NCBI GenBank assembly: GCA_964440985.1
Contig: CAYTWE010000004.1
Span: forward strand, 3,092 to 67,091
Length of the DNA stretch: 64,000 nt
Origin: an uncultured Lentisphaeraceae bacterium
Lineage (GTDB): Bacteria > Verrucomicrobiota > Kiritimatiellia > RFP12 > UBA1067
Reading direction: 5' to 3'
The position numbers were made by a program, and so were the translations under genes. Shown here one piece after another: positions 55,870 to 64,000 of the stretch. The notes under the pieces are model-generated. The model was not told where the DNA came from, searched no databases, and worked only from the letters and a program-made list of their open reading frames with translations. Within the stretch, counting starts at the first letter, position 1, and every line of letters begins with the position of its first letter.

Positions 55870-57288
55870 TCACTCGCTGTCTTCAATGTGGAACGCACCG
55901 AGCGGAAGTCCGGCCTCGTTCATCAGATAGCCGCGCCATGGACGCGAATGGAGATAGCGAAGCTTCTTCGGATCCTTCACTTCGGGCGCAAACACAACAA
56001 GCTCCTCCCCGACGATGTCACCGCGATATTCAACCCATGCGGCGTCAAGCTTCTTGAAGTTGCCGATCTGCGCCTTGACCCATTTGCCGTCCGCGCCGGC
56101 AACCTCGAATCCGTATTCCGCACTTTGCGCCGGATCACGGTGGATGCGCCACTCCGCCTCATATGCAGACCACTTCTTTACGTCGTTGAACCTCATCACA
56201 AACCTGCCGTCCTCAATCTTCCACGATTTGAGCGTCGGCGAATCAGCAACGATATCCGCAAAACCGTAGTCGCGCTTCAAGGCAAGAAGCGCAAGACGCA
56301 GCCCTGGCGTCTGCTTGTCGTTCGGATGTATGTCGTGCAGATTCCCCAGATCGCAAAGAACCGCCATTCCGGCATCAGGTTCACTTTGCGCAAACCGCTG
56401 CTGAACCTCCTGCATTCGAGGCACATCGGCACTTCCCCACGGACACAGCTGGCAGAAGTAGAGCTTCATGCGCGGGTTCTCGAAAATGCGCTTCCAACCG
56501 CCGAGAAGAGCCTCCATGCGAGCGCCATAGCCATCAATTACGCCGGGGCCGGCGTGCGTGTTGCTCTCGCCCTGATACCATATCGCCCCGCGCAGGGCGT
56601 ACGGCACAATCGGGTTCACCTTGCCGTTATGGTACTGGGACGGCTTCTGCCCGTCTGTCTTCTCGCGTCCCGGCGGCGGAGCGAACCTGCAGTCTGGAAT
56701 CCACGTCTCAATGTCCGTTGCGCCTACATATGCGCCAAGGAGGCCGACAGGGATCTTGAGCGTCGTCTGGAGATAGTACCCATACCAGAGAGCCACAGCG
56801 GAAAATCCGCCGGAAAGGCAGAACTGCGGCGTGGCGCGCCTCCACTGCACGTTCTCATCCGTCAGCGGAACGTCGCTCCAGCCGTTGCCGAGATGTGCAC
56901 AGCGCAGAAGCGGCAGGTTCATTATCTGTCCAATCGCACCGCCAAGCCGATCGCGGCCGCGTGGAGAATCGCTCCAGAACGGAATGCCCATGTTGCTCTG
57001 TCCGGAGCACAGCCAAACCTCGCCGACGAGTACATCCTTCACAGAGACGCCGTTCGCCGTCAGCGTCCGCCCTTCGCAGCAGGCGTCCATCGGATCAAGA
57101 TCCACACTCCAGCGTCCGTCCGCAGTCGCCGTCGCGGTTTTTGTCTGTCCGGCAAACGCCACCGTCACAGTTTCGCCGGGAGAGGCCTTGCCCCAAATCG
57201 GCACCTTCGTCTCTCGCTGCAGAACTGCGCCGTCCGTGAATGGTGCGGCAAGCTTCACCGCCGCAAGCAGAATCGTGATTCCGTTCAT
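55870..57288 (-). CDS. Sialate O-acetylesterase (SASA/DUF303 family).
   Basis: N-terminus FTDGAVLQRETKVPIWGKASPGETVTV...RWSVDL and the catalytic block VWLCSGQSNM are typical of sialic-acid 9-O-acetylesterases. Signal peptide present. Confidence 0.8.
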   Translation of the reverse strand: MNGITILLAAVKLAAPFTDGAVLQRETKVPIWGKASPGETVTVAFAGQTKTATATADGRWSVDLDPMDACCEGRTLTANGVSVKDVLVGEVWLCSGQSNMGIPFWSDSPRGRDRLGGAIGQIMNLPLLRCAHLGNGWSDVPLTDENVQWRRATPQFCLSGGFSAVALWYGYYLQTTLKIPVGLLGAYVGATDIETWIPDCRFAPPPGREKTDGQKPSQYHNGKVNPIVPYALRGAIWYQGESNTHAGPGVIDGYGARMEALLGGWKRIFENPRMKLYFCQLCPWGSADVPRMQEVQQRFAQSEPDAGMAVLCDLGNLHDIHPNDKQTPGLRLALLALKRDYGFADIVADSPTLKSWKIEDGRFVMRFNDVKKWSAYEAEWRIHRDPAQSAEYGFEVAGADGKWVKAQIGNFKKLDAAWVEYRGDIVGEELVVFAPEVKDPKKLRYLHSRPWRGYLMNEAGLPLGAFHIEDSE

Positions 57289-57337
57289 GTCAACCCTTTT
57301 CCTTCCTCTTTGATTTATCTACTCAACCGCTCCATGA

Positions 57338-60300
57338 CTACCGGACAACGATCTGCATCCCGATCGGCGGCATTATCTGTCCGTAGCCTACCGTCCCGGC
57401 CTCGCCGAATGATGCCGGACGCTCAAGAGACGCCGCTCCTACGCGGGCGTAGATGTTCGTTCCGCCAGACACATCGACCACGCCCGCATATGTACAGCCT
57501 TCCTGCGCTTCGGCGGTGCGGCGGATGCGGCAACGCCTTTCAGTTCCGTACTTCGCGGCGTTTTCGACACCAGACCACAACGCAACCCGTCCGCCACCGC
57601 CACAGCCGGAGGCGCTGTTCGCATAGTTTGCGCCATCGCCGCCACGAGCAGATATTCTTCCGCCACCGGAGACGGTGCTGCCGGAAAGATACACGGTTCC
57701 GCCTGCACCGGATGCAACCCTGCACTGGTATCCCTCCGGCAAGGATGCGTCATTTCCGGAATATTTGGAGAAATATCCGCTCATCCACCCGTCGGATGAC
57801 ACCGTGCCGTCAATGTTTATCGACGATTTTGCCTCAACGATGATTGCGCCGCCGCCTGCGCCGCCCTCTCCGTAGCCATACACGCTCCCGCCCATGCCGG
57901 GCGCATCGGGGGCAAACCTGTCGCCAACGGTTGCGGACGCAAGTCCGTTGTTGACGAACGCACCATCGGAACCCACGCCAACGCCGCCAAGCCCGCCATG
58001 CGAACCGCCCGCCGCCTGCGATGAGGTCGCCGCGCCGAATCCCCATCTGTGCGACGCGCCCATCATGCTGTTCTGCGTGGTCGCATCCCACCCACCGGCT
58101 CCACCTCTTCGGTCGGAAGAAAACAGCCCATCGGCAGTCACGTCAAGCGCACCGACCGAAAAATGCGGAACGGAAAGATTCACCGGATCGCACGAAGCGT
58201 AAAGCGTTCCGGCTACCGTCATTGTCCCCGTCACAGACACCTCAGCACCCCATCGCATTGCCGCATTCGTCTCCGCCGCACGAACCTCAACGGTCGCGCC
58301 CTCCGCTATCGTGAAATCTCCGCCGACGGTCAGCCTGTTCACCTCACGACCGCCCCATGTATCGTTCACTGCGCAGCGCATATTCGTCCAGCACACGTTC
58401 CCGATCTCAAGACGAGACTCCGCCGATTCGACCGTCAGGTCGCCGGTCACCTCAAAGCTGAATCCCTCGGCAGGAAACCTCACGTGCCCCCACGACCAGA
58501 CGAAATTCCCTTCGTGGCGGAACGACGGAACGTCAAGCAGCTTTCCAGATATGCCCTTTCCGACCAGACGTCCACGCAACGCCGCATCGGTGATTACAAC
58601 CGTGCCAGGCTCCGCATGTGTATTGTAGCGGTCGAACGTCGCAAGGGTGTCGCACTCGAACTTTTCGTCCCGATAGTAGCCGGGAGCTGCGGATATCTTC
58701 AGCCCATCGACATCCGCCGCCGCCTGCGCCTCAGCATCGGATGTCTGTATCTTCACCATGCCGCCCCCAGCCGCGTGTCCGATGCGCGAGTCATCGGACG
58801 GATAGTTGCCGTTCGCAAGCACAAGCATAGGCGGATATACCGGCGCACCGCCATCACCGCCGTTCGCGGAGATCATCCCGGAACCCTTTATCGCCTTGCA
58901 TGAAATCCATACGCTTCCGCCTGATGCACCGGTATCGTGCTTCTGAGACGTGAGGAACGCCGTCGTTGCATCTGCGCCATCAGCCAGGATTGCGCCGTCA
59001 ACGCTTACGATCCCTGCAGCCTCAATCCGAACCGCACCACCGCCGGAATGCGATTCGCCGCTTCCCCACTTCGATGGGCAGGTGCCGCCAGAACCTGGCT
59101 CAACCGGCGCATAGGGATCGTCGTATGTCGATCCAGGCATATGCGGTACGGCGTTGAATCCACCCATCCCGCCATGCGACGGCGCGGATTTGCTTTCTGC
59201 CGATGCAGCTCCAGGACCGAAACCTGTAGCATGAATCTGCAGTTCACCATCCCACAGACCTCCGTCCCATCCCTTCTTCGATACGTCAATCGCGCCATCA
59301 TTTGCAATGGAGAGATCGCCACACTTAATCCACACACGCGATTTCGCAGACTCGTTCGTGAACGGCCCGGCACATGTAACAAGGCCTTCAATGCTCACCG
59401 TGTCGGCGTTGACGCTGGTTGTCCAGTTGGAAAGCGTAAGCGTGGCTCCGTCACAGACCACAAGCAAACTAAGACGTGGCGTGGATTCAGAGAGAATCAC
59501 GTCACCTTCAATGATTGCGCTCTCCCCTGCAACTGGCACAACCCCGCCATGCCAGTTTGCCGGATCATTCCAGTCCGAAGATGCGCTCCCACTCCAGAAC
59601 CTACTTGCGCCAAGCACGGTGAGAGTACCGTCACCTATGATGTTCACTCCATGCGCCCCCATATCGTATATGCCCGGCGCAAGCGGCGTTCCGTCAACGG
59701 TTGCGGATATGCACATTAACACCCGCCCTTTGCCGAGAACGAGTTCGGAAGACGAGCCCAGCACAACATTCGTGACGAACAACGGCAGTTTCGATGCCTC
59801 CGCTTCGAATGTCGCATCCTCGGATACGGAGAGCTGCCCAAGCGCGGTGAACCCCGCCGTCCCCGTTACCATAAGTCTGCCACCCTTCACGTCAAATGTG
59901 CCGATGGTCGTGGATACGGCGTTGCTGAGGTACAGCGTGGTATCCTGTCCCTCTTTTGGCGTCCATTCAATGCCGGCGGCTCCCGTGAACGCACTCTTGA
60001 ATCCTGATGTGGCACAACCCGACATCCTTATCGATGCCGGTGCCGGAGAAGTCACCACGCCACCATACTTTGCGGTTGCATCCCTCGCTGTGAATCCCGT
60101 CAGCAGCTGGCTGTGTCCGTTCAGGTTTACGCAGCCGTGTTCACGCTCGAAATAGAAGTACGTGACATTCCGCGGCAGCACATTCTCGTCCTCGCATATG
60201 AATGGGGAGTCTGCAACAAAAATTGCGGCCTGACTCGATTCCGTACTGTGGAAATGAACTGTGCTCTCGCTGTCGCCAGATGTCCTGTTCGATCCGGCAA

Positions 60301-61219
60301 GAGGCGCGTACATATGCAGTTCCCCACCATTGTACGGCGCAAGCATAAAATAGTTGGCATGCTTTACGTTGCCCCTTAAACTCACCGTTCCGCCATCAAC
60401 TATCGCCCTCAGCCTGAATCGGCAGTTTATCTCTGCGGTGAAATCGACGTCGGCGTTGTTGACGACAAGCGACCCTATGTTCTTGTAGTCCCCAGTCAGT
60501 TCAATGGGAATGGAGATGGTGCCGTCCGCTTCAACGATCAGCCGGCATCCGAACCCGGCCGTATCCTCATTTTTGCAGGTCGCCTCGGCATCAAAAGCGG
60601 CGGACAACGCACCAAGCGCTCCGCAATCGTAGATGATGACGTCCCCAGACCCTGTCAACCTGTAGTTCAACGCCGCAAAATCTCCGCCACTCGGCGTACG
60701 CCCTGTCCCGTTGGCGATGAATGCACCGCTGAACGTATTGCCTCGATAGAGATGCAGACATCCGGCCCCTGTCTTTGCAAGCCCACCCGCGCCGGAAATT
60801 ACGCCTCCAAGATGCAGAGGGCCGGCAGGCGTAGCGGCGGACAGCGCCGCCGGCCCGGTCACCGCAAGCGGTGTGGCCGCAGACGCCACATGGATGTCGT
60901 TTGAAATCCCGACCGCCGCCGATGATGTCGAGGATATGCCGCCATCGCCAAGGGAGATTGCCTTGCCGGTCACGGTCAGCGTACTAGCACCTGACACCTC
61001 CATGCCTTTTATTTCGATGTCAGACGCAACGGTCACGGCAGTTGCAGATGATGGTGCAAACTTCGCGACATCAGATGTGTCATTTGGATAACCGCTTGAC
61101 GGCGACCAGTTTGAAGCCGTCGTCCACTCACCAGCCGTGCCGCCGACCCACGTATAATCCGTTGCAGACGCAGACATGGCGACCAGCGCCAACGCAACCG
61201 AGATTCCTCTAATGTTCAT
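57338..61219 (-). CDS. Giant secreted Gly-rich beta-helix repeat protein (autotransporter-associated beta-strand-repeat/PATR-like surface protein).
   Basis: Signal peptide MNIRGISVALALVAMSASA, 1,294 aa, many GxGxL/TGxGxLxLxG-type repeats and Gly-rich C-terminal blocks (GGAGGG). AAAAGGGGTG RBS. Confidence 0.5.
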   Translation of the reverse strand: MNIRGISVALALVAMSASATDYTWVGGTAGEWTTASNWSPSSGYPNDTSDVAKFAPSSATAVTVASDIEIKGMEVSGASTLTVTGKAISLGDGGISSTSSAAVGISNDIHVASAATPLAVTGPAALSAATPAGPLHLGGVISGAGGLAKTGAGCLHLYRGNTFSGAFIANGTGRTPSGGDFAALNYRLTGSGDVIIYDCGALGALSAAFDAEATCKNEDTAGFGCRLIVEADGTISIPIELTGDYKNIGSLVVNNADVDFTAEINCRFRLRAIVDGGTVSLRGNVKHANYFMLAPYNGGELHMYAPLAGSNRTSGDSESTVHFHSTESSQAAIFVADSPFICEDENVLPRNVTYFYFEREHGCVNLNGHSQLLTGFTARDATAKYGGVVTSPAPASIRMSGCATSGFKSAFTGAAGIEWTPKEGQDTTLYLSNAVSTTIGTFDVKGGRLMVTGTAGFTALGQLSVSEDATFEAEASKLPLFVTNVVLGSSSELVLGKGRVLMCISATVDGTPLAPGIYDMGAHGVNIIGDGTLTVLGASRFWSGSASSDWNDPANWHGGVVPVAGESAIIEGDVILSESTPRLSLLVVCDGATLTLSNWTTSVNADTVSIEGLVTCAGPFTNESAKSRVWIKCGDLSIANDGAIDVSKKGWDGGLWDGELQIHATGFGPGAASAESKSAPSHGGMGGFNAVPHMPGSTYDDPYAPVEPGSGGTCPSKWGSGESHSGGGAVRIEAAGIVSVDGAILADGADATTAFLTSQKHDTGASGGSVWISCKAIKGSGMISANGGDGGAPVYPPMLVLANGNYPSDDSRIGHAAGGGMVKIQTSDAEAQAAADVDGLKISAAPGYYRDEKFECDTLATFDRYNTHAEPGTVVITDAALRGRLVGKGISGKLLDVPSFRHEGNFVWSWGHVRFPAEGFSFEVTGDLTVESAESRLEIGNVCWTNMRCAVNDTWGGREVNRLTVGGDFTIAEGATVEVRAAETNAAMRWGAEVSVTGTMTVAGTLYASCDPVNLSVPHFSVGALDVTADGLFSSDRRGGAGGWDATTQNSMMGASHRWGFGAATSSQAAGGSHGGLGGVGVGSDGAFVNNGLASATVGDRFAPDAPGMGGSVYGYGEGGAGGGAIIVEAKSSINIDGTVSSDGWMSGYFSKYSGNDASLPEGYQCRVASGAGGTVYLSGSTVSGGGRISARGGDGANYANSASGCGGGGRVALWSGVENAAKYGTERRCRIRRTAEAQEGCTYAGVVDVSGGTNIYARVGAASLERPASFGEAGTVGYGQIMPPIGMQIVVR

Positions 61220-61264
61220 TGCACACCCCTTTTCTGTTTGACGATCAAATTTACGCAATAGCAG

Positions 61265-62473
61265 TTAATCGCTGTAGACGCGCTCCGTGCCGCGGTTCAC
61301 AAACGGACTGTCGAGACCGGAAGCAAGATACGCCTTCAACGTGACATACGTCACATCCACCAGCTCGTCGAAAGTGTATTTCCTCGTAGGCGACGAATTC
61401 GCCTGCGGCTTGTCCGGGCGGTCATACGACACGGAGCATTCAAGTGTGAGGGCCAAGGCGCCGGACGCAAGGGCGAACATGCTGTTGAGGTTTATCTCCG
61501 GCCTGCTTGGACGATCCTCTTCCGGAGACTTCGGCACGGATGACGTCAATCCCGCTTCGTGCAGAGCAAGGTTGCAGCGATAGCGGACATCCCTTGCACG
61601 CTTCAGCTTTTCCGGATGCTCTATCGAACTCGGCGAAAGCACCGACGGCGCAAACTCATATGAATGTCCGTTCAGCACCGCATCCGCACGCCATCTCGCA
61701 GCAAGTTTCAGCAATGCCTTCGCCTCCTCCGTACGGATGTCCCCGGGACACGCATCGTGCATGATGTTGTAGCCATCGGCATTTGGATATCCGCCCGGAT
61801 ATGCGACCTTGCCTACAGGCAGCGGAAACCACGCCTTGCTTCCGCGCCATCCGATCAGCGAGCCGTCCGCCCACACGCCCTGCGACACCTTTCTGAATGT
61901 CACCCAATCCACACCGCGAAGGTGGTCAGGGGAAATTGCGCGTCCGTCCATGTTAACGCACGGAACGATGATGAGCCTGTACCTCCCCGCAAGGCGAATC
62001 AGCTCCTCGTCCCGTCTGCCGCGAAAGTCAGTCCCCGTTTCAAGCATCTTGATGACGTTTGCCGCGCCAGCGACCGTTTCAGGCTCAGCGCCATGCACAC
62101 CGGCAATGAAGAGGAACGTCTGCGTTCCTCCCTGCGGACGGCCATAGTAGTTCCGGTAGGTGGTCGACCCCTGCCCTGCCGACCAGTTGGTCTGCGGCGG
62201 CGGTTCATTGAAGTCGCCATAGAACAGGGCGTACACCGGATATCCGAGCGGCGTTCTGCATATGATCTCCTTCCGTGAGCATTTCGTAGCGTTCTCGCAA
62301 AGTTCCATGATCTCCGCAGGGCGCACCTTCCAGAAATCCGGCCGTCTCTCAAGCCCCTCCACCTCAAACGGCTTGAACCGCGTAGGACTGATTCCGCCGC
62401 CATGCGTTCTGCATCCCGCAAACGCCGCAGCGAGCGACATTGCGCCTAAAAAGCCCTTTCTCGAAGTGTTCAT
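61265..62473 (-). CDS. M14-family zinc carboxypeptidase-like protein with a Tat-like signal.
   Basis: HGAEPE (HxxE zinc ligands), NMDG and a downstream NGHSYEF His. N-terminus MNTSRKGFLGAMSLAAAFAGC. GGAG RBS. Confidence 0.5.
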   Translation of the reverse strand: MNTSRKGFLGAMSLAAAFAGCRTHGGGISPTRFKPFEVEGLERRPDFWKVRPAEIMELCENATKCSRKEIICRTPLGYPVYALFYGDFNEPPPQTNWSAGQGSTTYRNYYGRPQGGTQTFLFIAGVHGAEPETVAGAANVIKMLETGTDFRGRRDEELIRLAGRYRLIIVPCVNMDGRAISPDHLRGVDWVTFRKVSQGVWADGSLIGWRGSKAWFPLPVGKVAYPGGYPNADGYNIMHDACPGDIRTEEAKALLKLAARWRADAVLNGHSYEFAPSVLSPSSIEHPEKLKRARDVRYRCNLALHEAGLTSSVPKSPEEDRPSRPEINLNSMFALASGALALTLECSVSYDRPDKPQANSSPTRKYTFDELVDVTYVTLKAYLASGLDSPFVNRGTERVYSD

Positions 62474-62492
62474 GGCATAATCTCCCTGCAAA

Positions 62493-64000
62493 TCACAACA
62501 CACCGGACTGCGCAGTCACCTTTTCGGCAAGCTTCGCGCTTTCCTTCGCCAGACATTTCCCGTCACTCCCGACAAGACGGAATCGCACATCCCCGCCGAC
62601 AGGGCCTGTGCGGTTGAAGCGCAAGACCACTTCAAGCGTCCCGGTCTTCCCTTGCATTCGCTGTCCGGGAATGGTCATCCTGACCCCGTCGCTTGACGGA
62701 CCTTTTACGTACTCGCTGATCACCGGTTCGCAGTTCGACGCATCACCGACATTTATCACGTGAAGAAACCTGTCGTTCTTGGACGGCCTTCCCGGCTTTA
62801 CGGAAATGCGCCACTGCCCGAACCACGGCCCTGTCCCGCGTCTTGCGCACCTCTCGTTTGCGTCCTTTACGTAATCTTCATCTAACGGCCAGTTCCTTCC
62901 GGCGCTCCAGAACTCACGTCCCGGTCCGCCTGTCTTTTCGATGCTGCCGCCTTCTGGGAGAAGCGTCCGCACATGCATCATGCCGTCCTCCGCCTTGGAC
63001 TTGACGATGCAACCGTTGATGTCCGGCTCGTTCTGCATATGGAGAAGCCACTCCTTCGAATAGGACGGATCTGTTGCGCCAACACGGTCGTACACGACAA
63101 AGACGTCCGGCATTATGTAGACGAACTGGCGGACTGCTTCGCTGCATTTGCCGCCATAGCTGCGCGTCGCGTCAGCCGCCACGTAGGTATACAGCGGATT
63201 CGTTTCGAACGCAATGGGCGTCCCCTTGGCCTTGCACTGCCCGCCGTAGGAGAACTTGCCTTCCGGTCCGTCGTATTTCAATCCCCAGTAGGGGGTGAGC
63301 GGCTCGTTCGGCTTGTGGATCAGCACACAGTTGTGTGCGACAGTCTGTGCATAGTAGTACGTGAGGTTGTGATCGGTCTGACGTGCGCGGGAACCGGAAT
63401 CGAGCGCCTGATATCCGTTGCGATATATGACAAAGTTGTTTTCGTCGTAATGGCGGTGGTTGTCGACATCACCGCCGGAGGTGAACATGCAGTATGTGGC
63501 GTCTGCATTCCAGCCGCTCCGCATTGCAAACTGTCCGATGCTCTCGAAGTGCCTCGCCTTGAGCTTCCATGCGTCCAGCTCTTCATCCGAAAATGGTTCA
63601 ATCCCGTCGACATCTGCGAACAGGAACGGATACATCGGCCATGTGCCGCCAAGGCTCTGGCGCGACACATGGCGGCGCAGCGTGACGGCGAGACGCGCCG
63701 CCGCCGGGGACGACTTGCGGTAGAAGTTGGCGTACTGCGTCATGTGCTCGTAGAGACGCCCCACAGGAAGCAGGTTGTCGTCGTGCGGCGCATCGCCAAA
63801 CCCGCAATGTCCCGCACCGGCCTTCGTCGGAATCCAGTTCCACCATATCCAGTTCGGGAACAGCGCGAGATTCGGATATTCTGCCGCCGCATCCATTCCT
63901 GCGGCAGAGGCCAACGTATGGAAGAAGTTGAAATGCGCCCACGGGTACTCCCCCATCGAATATCCGACAACGCCGGACGCCAATGCGCCATCATCGCCGG
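62493..64000 (-). CDS. Heparinase II/III-like polysaccharide lyase, partial (the N-terminus lies beyond the window end).
   Basis: C-terminal beta-sandwich/heparinase II/III-like region (GGDVDNHRHYDENNFVIYRNGY...). The ORF is open to the window edge. Confidence 0.5.
   Translation of the reverse strand, partial: GDDGALASGVVGYSMGEYPWAHFNFFHTLASAAGMDAAAEYPNLALFPNWIWWNWIPTKAGAGHCGFGDAPHDDNLLPVGRLYEHMTQYANFYRKSSPAAARLAVTLRRHVSRQSLGGTWPMYPFLFADVDGIEPFSDEELDAWKLKARHFESIGQFAMRSGWNADATYCMFTSGGDVDNHRHYDENNFVIYRNGYQALDSGSRARQTDHNLTYYYAQTVAHNCVLIHKPNEPLTPYWGLKYDGPEGKFSYGGQCKAKGTPIAFETNPLYTYVAADATRSYGGKCSEAVRQFVYIMPDVFVVYDRVGATDPSYSKEWLLHMQNEPDINGCIVKSKAEDGMMHVRTLLPEGGSIEKTGGPGREFWSAGRNWPLDEDYVKDANERCARRGTGPWFGQWRISVKPGRPSKNDRFLHVINVGDASNCEPVISEYVKGPSSDGVRMTIPGQRMQGKTGTLEVVLRFNRTGPVGGDVRFRLVGSDGKCLAKESAKLAEKVTAQSGVL

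Overview
This is a roughly 62% GC bacterial chromosomal segment. Its gene content suggests a glycan-foraging member of the PVC group (Verrucomicrobia, Lentisphaerae or Kiritimatiellae); this is an inference from gene content, not a measurement. Coding is almost entirely on the minus strand: 45 of the 46 genes I call are there, and only ubiE is on the plus strand. The long plus-strand ORFs in the track are antisense artefacts of high GC.

Three blocks can be distinguished:
- A housekeeping block runs carB, pyrG, rsmI, dnaB, ruvA, trpS, polA, a TrmH-type methyltransferase, pdxK and tpiA.
- A host- or complex-glycan degradation cluster (about 28.9 to 45.7 kb) follows: a GH20 hexosaminidase fused to an SGNH esterase, three large secreted glycoside-hydrolase-like proteins, a tandem pair of FGE/SUMF1-domain paralogues, esterases and a carbon-nitrogen hydrolase. 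It ends at a roughly 1 kb non-coding stretch beside a tRNA-Ser(GGA).
- More housekeeping genes follow (argS, def, M16 peptidase, eno, ubiE), then a sialate O-acetylesterase, a 1,294-aa Gly-rich beta-helix surface protein, an M14-like peptidase and a partial heparinase II/III-like gene.

The two most interesting findings:
- Two sigma70-type promoters for secreted or surface genes each carry an A10 homopolymer exactly inside the -35/-10 spacer. One is flanked in addition by a C15 tract and an (AC)11 tract (G15/(GT)11 on the transcribed strand). These are candidate phase-variation switches. One of them controls an operon of a secreted Ser/Thr-rich protein plus the two FGE-domain paralogues, which share identical DNA tracts.
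- A conserved extended -10 (TGGTATAAT or TGATACAAT) recurs 6 to 10 nt upstream of ATG start codons of at least seven genes, which implies pervasive leaderless mRNAs.

An operon pairing an N-acetylhexosamine-1-kinase (NahK)-like anomeric kinase with an unusual ASKHA-fold kinase, co-transcribed with dnaB and rsmI, is another candidate for a novel sugar-salvage step.
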